The notes under the pieces were generated by a model, which ran no database searches, had not been told where the DNA came from, and worked only from the letters and a program-made list of their open reading frames with translations. Shown one piece after another: positions 17,794-24,632 of a stretch of 29,600 nucleotides of DNA (its first letter is position 1; each line of letters begins with the position of its first letter). The position numbers and the translations under genes were made by a program. This DNA comes from a virus. Its lineage: Duplodnaviria > Caudoviricetes. Location of the stretch: IMG/VR virus record IMGVR_UViG_3300032329_000082, positions 1 through 29,600 of that record; one strand, written 5' to 3'.

Positions 17794-17869
17794 GGGAACT
17801 TACAAGCCAAAGGATGAAAACATTAAAAAATTGAAGGTTTACCTTAATAAATTAGAAGATGCCAAATAA
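17747..17869 (+). CDS. Candidate small basic protein (40 aa), not in ORF track
   Basis: MSIQQKNQILTVGFCRGTYKPKDENIKKLKVYLNKLEDAK spans the gap and overlaps both neighbours. Confidence 0.35.
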   Translation: MSIQQKNQILTVGFCRGTYKPKDENIKKLKVYLNKLEDAK

Positions 17870-18101
17870 TATAGGATGGGGCCAAGGTGCAGGAAATAAC
17901 GCAATTGGTTGGGGCCAAGGTGCTGCTAACAATTTAATTTCGTGGGGTAAATCGCATCTTTCATCGTTTTCTGGCGAAACCGATATTAGTGGCGGAGTTT
18001 ATGCTTTGTCCGCAAATTTCCAAACTCGAATTTCAACGGATTCGGGTACATTTGAAGCACAAACGTGCTTAATTAATACATTAAACACATTTAAAATATA
18101 G
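17859..18101 (+). CDS. Small virion protein with GWGQGA repeats
   Basis: NNIGWGQGA / NNAIGWGQGA / NNLISWGKS repeats followed by the shared FQTRISTDSGTFEAQTCL peptide. Confidence 0.65.
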   Translation: MPNNIGWGQGAGNNAIGWGQGAANNLISWGKSHLSSFSGETDISGGVYALSANFQTRISTDSGTFEAQTCLINTLNTFKI

Positions 18102-18105
18102 AAAT

Positions 18106-19374
18106 ATGGCATTATTAGATACTGCGTCACTCATTGTAACGCCAAACGGTTATAAGGCTTCCAAATTGTATTCAATTGTTCCAAGTGATGGAACGGGAGA
18201 TATGACATTTGCAAGAACGGGAAACACGGCTACACGGGTTAATTCAAGTGGTTTGATTGAAGGAGTTAACGCAAATATTCCAAGGCTTGATTATTTAGGT
18301 AGCACTTGTCCTAAACTATTATTAGAGCCACAAAGGACAAATTTAATTTTACAAAGTCAAGATATTTCATCAGCTTCTTGGACAAAAGGAAATTCACCAA
18401 CAATTAACACAAATGTTGCAGTTGCACCGGATGGAACATCAACTTCAGATTCTATTTTGCAATCAGATGCAACTTTAGTTAGAAATGTTAATCAATTTTT
18501 TACTGTTACTGCTAATAGCACTTGTACATTTTCTTTATTTGTAAAAAAAGAAACATCAAAAACTAATTTTGGTGCAATGAGTATTACATTTAATGGAGGT
18601 ACATCAAAAAAAGCAGATGTTTCATTTGATGAAGTAAATGGAACTATGGCAATTATTACAGGAAGCACATTAACACCAATTTTAAAAATTGAAGATTATG
18701 CTTCATATTGGAGATTTCAAATAACTGCAACTGATAATGGCTCAAATACAACAGTAGTAGGCATTATTTATCCAGCCATTTCAACAAATGGAACTGTTTT
18801 GGCTTTATGTGCTGGTTCAGCAAGAACAGTATGGGGTGCTCAATTAGAAGTCGGCTCTTTTGCAACATCATACATTCCAACGACTACGGCAAGCGTAACA
18901 AGGAATGCGGATTCGGGGTCAAAAACTGCAATAAGTTCTTTAATTGGTTCAACGGAAGGAACTATATTTTGTCAATTACAAGGTCTTGCTAATCTTAGTG
19001 ATTTTAGTAGAATTTCAATTTCCGATGGAACAACAAATAATAAGATTTCAATAGGTTATAGTTCAACTAATAATTTTCAAATTGTTTTATCAATTGCTGG
19101 AAGCATAATAGTAAACTTTAATACAAGTGGGGTAACCCTTACAAATAATATAAAAATTGCATTTAAATACAAATTAAATAGTTTTACTTTATTTGTAATC
19201 GGGGTTTCCGTTGCCACATTATCAAGTGGTGCAATATTTTCCGCATCAACTTTAACAAATTTTTATTTCACGGATGGAAATGGCTCATTATTCCCTTATT
19301 ATGGTAAAATATCAAGTTTGGCTCTTTGGAAAACATCATTATCTGATTCAGAATGTGTAACATTAACGACTTAA
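18106..19374 (+). CDS. Fibre/decoration protein with carbohydrate-binding-like beta-sandwich domains
   Basis: T/S-rich, with ATRVNSSGLIE, PRLDY, LLLEPQRTN, WGAQLEVGSFATSYIPT and a LamG-like C-terminus. Confidence 0.6.
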   Translation: MALLDTASLIVTPNGYKASKLYSIVPSDGTGDMTFARTGNTATRVNSSGLIEGVNANIPRLDYLGSTCPKLLLEPQRTNLILQSQDISSASWTKGNSPTINTNVAVAPDGTSTSDSILQSDATLVRNVNQFFTVTANSTCTFSLFVKKETSKTNFGAMSITFNGGTSKKADVSFDEVNGTMAIITGSTLTPILKIEDYASYWRFQITATDNGSNTTVVGIIYPAISTNGTVLALCAGSARTVWGAQLEVGSFATSYIPTTTASVTRNADSGSKTAISSLIGSTEGTIFCQLQGLANLSDFSRISISDGTTNNKISIGYSSTNNFQIVLSIAGSIIVNFNTSGVTLTNNIKIAFKYKLNSFTLFVIGVSVATLSSGAIFSASTLTNFYFTDGNGSLFPYYGKISSLALWKTSLSDSECVTLTT

Positions 19375-19378
19375 AAAT

Positions 19379-19735
19379 ATGAAATTTAGAAAATACGAAT
19401 TTGATCCTAAGGAATGGGAAAAATTAAAATCCGAAATACAAATTAGTTTTGAATTAGGCGAGGAAAAGTCAATCGGATACAATCACGAATTAATCGAATC
19501 GGTTGTGGAAATTGGTCACATTATGACTAAGCCACCAGTATTCAATGACAAGATGGAAATGACTCAATCACCGATTTTATCTGATAAATATTCAGTTGAT
19601 ATTCTTTGGAAAAATGAAGAATTACCATCGTTTGAATCGTTTAAAATTTGGTGCGATCCGATTGGGATTCATTCTTTTGGTGCTTCAATTGATGTTGATT
19701 ATATCGAGGCTTATAACGAACAAAAGACTAAGTAA
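19379..19735 (+). CDS. Hypothetical protein (possible fibre partner)
   Basis: 118 aa acidic ORF coupled to the fibre and holin genes. Confidence 0.55.
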   Translation: MKFRKYEFDPKEWEKLKSEIQISFELGEEKSIGYNHELIESVVEIGHIMTKPPVFNDKMEMTQSPILSDKYSVDILWKNEELPSFESFKIWCDPIGIHSFGASIDVDYIEAYNEQKTK

Positions 19736-20058
19736 TGAATTTTGACGATATTATAGTACCTTCTTTGACTGGAGCCATTGGTGCTTTTATTTCTTGGTTA
19801 ATTGGACGCAAAAAAGAAAATGTTGAGGTTCAAGGAAACGAGATAACAAATACTCAAGAAGCTATTAAGATTTGGCGAGAAATGGCTGAGGAAATGTCGA
19901 ATAAGGTTAAAGAATTAAGCGATAAGGTGGACGCATTGACAACGGAAGTACAAAATTTGCGTGGGGAAAATGCAGAATTAAAACATAAACTTGGATTAGA
20001 TGGTAACGAGCCAGCAAGCACTAAAAAAGTACGGATTACCAAGCCAAAGCAATCCTAA
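19735..20058 (+). CDS. Putative holin/antiholin
   Basis: One N-terminal TM helix plus a coiled coil, immediately before the endolysin. Confidence 0.55.
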   Translation: MNFDDIIVPSLTGAIGAFISWLIGRKKENVEVQGNEITNTQEAIKIWREMAEEMSNKVKELSDKVDALTTEVQNLRGENAELKHKLGLDGNEPASTKKVRITKPKQS

Positions 20059-20419
20059 TTTAATTCTTTGGGATGTACCTTCTGAATTAGAAATTGGTAT
20101 TATACCTAAAAAGATTTATTGCAATAAGGATTTAGTTGGGCCTTTGACAAATGCATTTAAAAAACTAATTTCCACAAATGCAGTAAAGGAATTAAAAACG
20201 TGGGATGGATGCTTTAATATTCGAAATAAAAGGGGATTATCTTCAATGTCATTACATTCTTGGGCCATTGCAATAGATGTCAATGCTTTTGAGAATGGAT
20301 TAAATCAAATACCTAAATTATCTAAAGAATTTGTCGATTGTTTTATCTCATCTGGATTTGATTGGGGTGGAACGTGGACAAGAAAAGATGGAATGCATTT
20401 TCAACTATCCAAAATATGA
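20000..20419 (+). CDS. Endolysin, peptidase M15 family
   Basis: Zn-peptidase motifs FNIR...SLHSWAIAIDVN and WGGTW...DGMHFQL. Confidence 0.88.
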   Translation: MVTSQQALKKYGLPSQSNPNLILWDVPSELEIGIIPKKIYCNKDLVGPLTNAFKKLISTNAVKELKTWDGCFNIRNKRGLSSMSLHSWAIAIDVNAFENGLNQIPKLSKEFVDCFISSGFDWGGTWTRKDGMHFQLSKI

Positions 20420-20871
20420 AATATTTAAATCTCCTTATTTTTTCGTCGATTATTTTCTCAAGTTGCGTACGAAACAAGTCAATTAATACCGAAGTAGAAA
20501 AGATTCGAGTTGATACTGTTCATGACTACAAAGTAATTACAAAATTCAAACCGATTCACGACACATTGACGATTGAAAATGCTTGCGATTCTTCTGGCAT
20601 ATTGACACGATTTTATAGCAGTCTAACCATTCCATCGGGTCGACTTATAATAAGGTCACAGAATGGAAGTATTAAAGCCACAATTGATTTAGATTCAGTT
20701 GTGAATGTGTACGATTCTAAGTACAAAGCGAAATATAAAAACGAAGTCAAGTTTGTTGAAAAAATAGTGGTCAAAAAAGTGGTTCCAGTATGGGCCATTG
20801 TTACGATTCTTTTACAATCGTTTATTATAATTTTATACTTTTATTTTAGATTTATTAATCCATTCAAATGA
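20416..20871 (+). CDS. Putative unimolecular spanin (lipoprotein)
   Basis: Start at the ATGA overlap; signal peptide with lipobox FSSC, beta-rich middle and a C-terminal TM helix. Confidence 0.65.
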   Translation: MKYLNLLIFSSIIFSSCVRNKSINTEVEKIRVDTVHDYKVITKFKPIHDTLTIENACDSSGILTRFYSSLTIPSGRLIIRSQNGSIKATIDLDSVVNVYDSKYKAKYKNEVKFVEKIVVKKVVPVWAIVTILLQSFIIILYFYFRFINPFK

Positions 20872-22010
20872 GGCCACGTTTTAAACAGATGGTTATAGAG
20901 GCCATTGAGTTAATGAATGATGGCAAAGCCAAATCAAAAGGCGAAGCGACAAGAATAATTGGCAAGAAATACGATTACAATTCGGAGAATTTACGAAAGG
21001 CCTGGAACAATTACGTTGACCTTGCTAAAATTAAAGAAAATCATCAGGGACTTGCGAATCATTGCGAGGAAAGGGGTATAAATGTTAGTGATGTTTCTTT
21101 GTATTGGGATAAAACCAAAGAATATTCGGTAGCGGTTAAATTGGATAAAGTCCAAAAGACCTACGAAAATCTTCGTGATGCCATTGTAGAATCGATGAAT
21201 GAGCATTCGCCTAATTATATACCGGTTGTATATAAAGATTGTAATGATGGCCATTTGTTAGTCGTTGATCCTGCAGATATTCACATTGGTAAATTAGCCA
21301 CGGCCTTCGAAACGGGAGAAGATTATAATAGTAATATAGCAGTTCACAGAGTTCACGAAGGAGTCAATGGGATTTTAAATAAGGTCAAAGGTTTTGAGAT
21401 AGATCAGATTCTTTTGATTATTGGTAATGATATTCTGCATATTGACACACCTAAAAGAACAACTACCAGCGGAACTCCACAAGATACGGAAGGAATGTGG
21501 TACACTAATTTTTTGATGGCGAAGCAGTTATACGTTGATGTGATTGAGAAGCTGAGATTGATTGCAAAGGTTCACATAACTTATAATCCATCAAATCACG
21601 ACTATACAAACGGATTCTTTTTGGCGGATGCTATTCAGTCTTGGTTTCGGTTAGATGGATCAATTACCTTTGATTGTTCTATTAATCATCGCAAGTATTA
21701 CCGGTACCATAACAATCTAATAGGAACCACGCACGGCGATGGGGCCAAGATTACGGATTTAGGTTTATTGATGGCAGAGGAGACAAAACAACATTGGGCA
21801 GATACAAAACACCGGTATGTTTACACGCACCACGTTCATCATAAAACAAGCAAAGATTTTATCGGTGTAACAGTTGAAAGTCTTCGCAGTCCATCAGGTG
21901 CCGACTCGTGGCATCATCGTAATGGCTATGCTCACGCACCGAGGGCCATTGAAGGTTTTTTACATTCAAAAAATTATGGGCAGATTGCTCGCATTACTCA
22001 TATTTTTTAA
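20868..22010 (+). CDS. Calcineurin-like metallophosphoesterase with N-terminal HTH-like region
   Basis: DIHIG, GNDILH, SNHD, THGD and HHVHH motifs. Confidence 0.8.
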   Translation: MRPRFKQMVIEAIELMNDGKAKSKGEATRIIGKKYDYNSENLRKAWNNYVDLAKIKENHQGLANHCEERGINVSDVSLYWDKTKEYSVAVKLDKVQKTYENLRDAIVESMNEHSPNYIPVVYKDCNDGHLLVVDPADIHIGKLATAFETGEDYNSNIAVHRVHEGVNGILNKVKGFEIDQILLIIGNDILHIDTPKRTTTSGTPQDTEGMWYTNFLMAKQLYVDVIEKLRLIAKVHITYNPSNHDYTNGFFLADAIQSWFRLDGSITFDCSINHRKYYRYHNNLIGTTHGDGAKITDLGLLMAEETKQHWADTKHRYVYTHHVHHKTSKDFIGVTVESLRSPSGADSWHHRNGYAHAPRAIEGFLHSKNYGQIARITHIF

Positions 22011-22018
22011 TACATTTG
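22011..22018 (+). promoter_or_regulatory. Bacteroidota-type -7 box (TACATTTG)
   Basis: Exact TAnnTTTG match immediately after the stop codon; a TTG lies ~23 nt upstream. Confidence 0.5.
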
Positions 22019-22023
22019 TTCAT

Positions 22024-22105
22024 AAGTTGTTTTCATAAGTTTGTTTAGATAGGTTTAAAGTGAAGCGAATCCCTGCTGATTATATCGGTGGGGATTTTTG
22101 TTTTG
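22024..22105 (+). ncRNA. Candidate small RNA (~80 nt)
   Basis: Lies between a -7 box and a terminator with no + strand ORF; the U-rich 5' part carries two TTCATAAGTT repeats. Confidence 0.4.
22068..22105 (+). terminator. Intrinsic terminator ending late region/sRNA
   Basis: AATCCCTGCTGAT-TAT-ATCGGTGGGGATT followed by TTTGTTTT. Its three G.U pairs form only on the + strand. Confidence 0.8.
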
Positions 22106-22150
22106 ATTGAAAAAAAAGATAGAAAAGTTTTTTTTTTCAAAAAGTTTTTG

Positions 22151-22185
22151 TACTTTTGATTCATCGAAAGCAACAACGCTTTCGA
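22151..22185 (+). promoter_or_regulatory. Early promoter -7 box (TACTTTTG) plus 5' hairpin
   Basis: TAnnTTTG at 22151-22158 followed by the perfect stem TCGAAAGC-AACAAC-GCTTTCGA at 22164-22185. Confidence 0.65.
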
Positions 22186-22202
22186 ATAAACCTTATCAAA
22201 AA

Positions 22203-22337
22203 ATGAAAAAAACAATTCAGTACATCATCGAACGGCACAAGGAAGACCCTGAGTGTTTGTTTATGGCATTAGGCTTCATTATTTTCTGCACGGTGGCCTT
22301 TTTCCTTCTTCCATATTTTATCGTTCTTTTAGGATGA
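22203..22337 (+). CDS. Small membrane protein (44 aa), first early gene
   Basis: ATG after the promoter with an A-rich leader; C-terminal hydrophobic helix. Confidence 0.6.
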   Translation: MKKTIQYIIERHKEDPECLFMALGFIIFCTVAFFLLPYFIVLLG

Positions 22338-22501
22338 TTTGGCGGATGAGATTCCGGTATCACGGTACCGGTACTTATTTCATTACAATGAAATTTAAGG
22401 ACATAAGAGAAGCAAATCGATACATCAAGCAAGAGGAAGCAAGAGAGCAATCGGAATTTTTAGACTTTAAAATTTTGGAACGTTATGGCCTACAAAACTG
22501 A
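22334..22501 (+). CDS. Hypothetical protein (55 aa)
   Basis: ATGA overlap with the previous gene; start shortened relative to the track. Confidence 0.55.
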   Translation: MIWRMRFRYHGTGTYFITMKFKDIREANRYIKQEEAREQSEFLDFKILERYGLQN

Positions 22502-22676
22502 GTTTCCTTGCGTTTTACATTGCAGATTGCACGATGGTCGTGGCAACTGGTGGAATACTACTCAAATGTTTAAAAATGAGGAGCAATTTGACCAATTCCT
22601 AAAAGATGGAATGCGAGATGGATACGATGTTGATGATTGGTCATACATTGAAGGTTATTTTGATAGAAAAAATTAA
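22485..22676 (+). CDS. Hypothetical protein
   Basis: 63 aa ORF tiled in the early operon. Confidence 0.55.
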   Translation: MAYKTEFPCVLHCRLHDGRGNWWNTTQMFKNEEQFDQFLKDGMRDGYDVDDWSYIEGYFDRKN

Positions 22677-22696
22677 TTAATTTAAAACAAACAAAA

Positions 22697-23368
22697 ATGA
22701 AAAACTTGATTAAAGCGGTAATAGCCGTAATGAATGAAGTCAAAGGTATTGAGAAATCAATGACCGTTGGTAATGGCAAAAATTCGTATAAAGGAGTTCC
22801 GGACAAAGAAGTAAAAAAGATTATTGGATCAGCTATGGCAAAGCACGGATTATGCATATTACCTACTGGAATCAAACCAACGATTAAAATAGAACGTTGG
22901 GAAGAGCCTGATTACAATAAAGAAATAAAGCAAAAGCAATCTGTATTTACTGAAGTTGTTTCTACTTATTTACTGATGCACGAATCGGGAGAATCGCAAG
23001 AAATTTATGGTTATGGTCACGGAGTTGATTCGCAAGATAAGGGTGCCGGTAAAGCCACAACCTATGCTTTAAAATATGCTTTGCTTTATTCTTTTCTTGT
23101 TCCTACTGGAGACATTGATGATGCCGACATAGTTCATAGCCAAGAATATAATGTTAGGCCAAGTAAGCCACAAGTTAAAATTGAAACAAAACCAGTAATT
23201 GTTAAAGAATTAACAATCCATAAATTAAAATATTTAGAATTACTTCTTAAAGATTGCCAAAATTTGGATGCAGTTTTAGAAACATTCAATTCTATTGAGG
23301 ATAAATTTAAAATTGATACAAGGTTATTAGAATTATTCACAAATCGTAAAAATCAATTAACAAAATGA
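22697..23368 (+). CDS. ERF-family single-strand annealing protein
   Basis: DKGAGKATTYALKYALLYSFLVPTGDIDDAD matches the ERF signature. Confidence 0.85.
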   Translation: MKNLIKAVIAVMNEVKGIEKSMTVGNGKNSYKGVPDKEVKKIIGSAMAKHGLCILPTGIKPTIKIERWEEPDYNKEIKQKQSVFTEVVSTYLLMHESGESQEIYGYGHGVDSQDKGAGKATTYALKYALLYSFLVPTGDIDDADIVHSQEYNVRPSKPQVKIETKPVIVKELTIHKLKYLELLLKDCQNLDAVLETFNSIEDKFKIDTRLLELFTNRKNQLTK

Positions 23369-23658
23369 GCAAACAAGAAAAAGTATTCGCAAAAGGGTTC
23401 ATTTTCAAGAAAAATGAGAACGCACCGGAATGGGTAGTCGGTCGGCTATCCCTAAAGAAAGATGAGGCGATTGCCTTCATTCAAAGTCAAGGCAATGAAT
23501 GGATAAACCTAAACATTGCTAAGGGCCAACAAGGTAATTTCTATGTCGAACTTGATACCTGGAAGCCTACCAACCAATCAAATCCTAGTTCTAATCAGTC
23601 CAGTAATATTCCAAAATTTAACCATCAACCAAATGCAAGCGATGATCTCCCCTTCTAA
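23365..23658 (+). CDS. SSB-like protein
   Basis: Follows ERF; short beta domain, Q/N/S linker and acidic DDLPF C-terminus. Confidence 0.65.
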   Translation: MSKQEKVFAKGFIFKKNENAPEWVVGRLSLKKDEAIAFIQSQGNEWINLNIAKGQQGNFYVELDTWKPTNQSNPSSNQSSNIPKFNHQPNASDDLPF

Positions 23659-23848
23659 AGTAGTTTTAACCCAAAAGCAAAACGAAGAGTGTTTTGCATA
23701 TTCTTGCTTCCAGCACATAATGAAAAGCAATATGGCTTTGAATGTTGACACACGGCGGATCATAATGGATATGGCTGCGACCGAAGTGATCAAAGGTAAA
23801 ATGTCGGAAGATTTTTTTAACTCCTTATTTCCAAACGATGATAATTAA
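23633..23848 (+). CDS. Hypothetical protein
   Basis: Start uncertain (23633 or 23642); fills the gap after the SSB-like gene. Confidence 0.45.
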   Translation: MQAMISPSKVVLTQKQNEECFAYSCFQHIMKSNMALNVDTRRIIMDMAATEVIKGKMSEDFFNSLFPNDDN

Positions 23849-24071
23849 GGAGATAGACAAATATCAAATGACTGCGGACATATTAAACGAGAGGGGCATT
23901 AAGCCTTTCTCGGCTCGCAGTTGGAATTGGGAGAATGTACGTTCAATTGCGTATTATAATAGAAAAAACGCAAAAGCCGGGTTTATAAAGAGGCCCGATG
24001 TAATGGAAGTAATTAGAGAAGTAACTATAAAAATGCTTGAAGATGCAAGGGAAAAAGAAGTCCTCAATTGA
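23838..24071 (+). CDS. Small DNA-binding protein (recombinase-domain-like wHTH)
   Basis: TADILNERGIKPFSARSWNWENVRSI resembles the IAxxLNxxGIxxxxGxxWxxxxVxxI motif. Confidence 0.5.
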   Translation: MIIKEIDKYQMTADILNERGIKPFSARSWNWENVRSIAYYNRKNAKAGFIKRPDVMEVIREVTIKMLEDAREKEVLN

Positions 24072-24150
24072 TAATGCAAATTTTTTAACAATGGTTGGCC
24101 TCATTGGATTTATTGCTTGCTGGGTATTTTTCTTAATCAGATTAATATGA
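24043..24150 (+). CDS. Small membrane protein (35 aa), not in ORF track
   Basis: MQGKKKSSIDNANFLTMVGLIGFIACWVFFLIRLI; its stop overlaps the next ATG. Confidence 0.5.
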   Translation: MQGKKKSSIDNANFLTMVGLIGFIACWVFFLIRLI

Positions 24151-24344
24151 AAAAACTAAGCTTCAACGAGTGGCAAGACCACATCGCACGGCAATTAGAA
24201 GCCGATTATAACAAAATTTTTAATCAACCTAAATTACAAATCAATGAAAAGTTTTATAAAATTTCACGAAGAAAATCCAAAAATTTACGAGGAGTTTCAA
24301 AAGATTGCGTGCATTTACATCGCCAGGGACAAAGTAAGGATTAA
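24147..24344 (+). CDS. Hypothetical protein
   Basis: ATG at the ATGA overlap (MKKLSFNEWQDHI...); 3' half overlaps the next gene. Confidence 0.45.
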   Translation: MKKLSFNEWQDHIARQLEADYNKIFNQPKLQINEKFYKISRRKSKNLRGVSKDCVHLHRQGQSKD

Positions 24345-24516
24345 GGCCAATATGATCTGCGAAATCATTCGTTTTCAACTGATGAAGGAATACAATGATG
24401 GCTATAAATTCATCAATTATTTTGCCCAGGATTATGCAAAAAAGTTCGAAAATGATTTCCCACAACACGTTGGAATCTTTACAAAAAGATTGGTAAATTT
24501 TGAACTTGAAGATTAA
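24244..24516 (+). CDS. Phage hypothetical protein
   Basis: 90 aa (FHEENPKIYEEF...ICEIIRF) with an A-rich start. Confidence 0.6.
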   Translation: MKSFIKFHEENPKIYEEFQKIACIYIARDKVRIKANMICEIIRFQLMKEYNDGYKFINYFAQDYAKKFENDFPQHVGIFTKRLVNFELED

Positions 24517-24534
24517 TTTACTATATTGCAATAC

Positions 24535-24623
24535 AATAAGCCAAGAGGGTAGGAGTTCTTGGTTTATTCTAAAGGTTTAATACCGAAGCCAGTTTTGCAC
24601 TCCTACGCAGACTGGCTTTTTTT
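24535..24623 (+). ncRNA. Structured leader RNA: two hairpins with complementary loops, second is terminator-like
   Basis: Stem 24535-24568 has loop GTAGGAGT; stem 24585-24619 has loop ACTCCTAC; a T7 run occupies 24617-24623. Confidence 0.7.
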
Positions 24624-24632
24624 ATTTTAAAT

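Noticed and set aside
22007-22036. Minus-strand mini-ORF MKTTYEQMY with a good-looking start context
   Set aside because: Only 9 codons; no minus-strand promoter seen and the hairpin's G.U pairs favour the + strand. It remains an alternative to the sRNA model.
23838-24071. Serine integrase
   Set aside because: Only 77 aa, with no catalytic domain.
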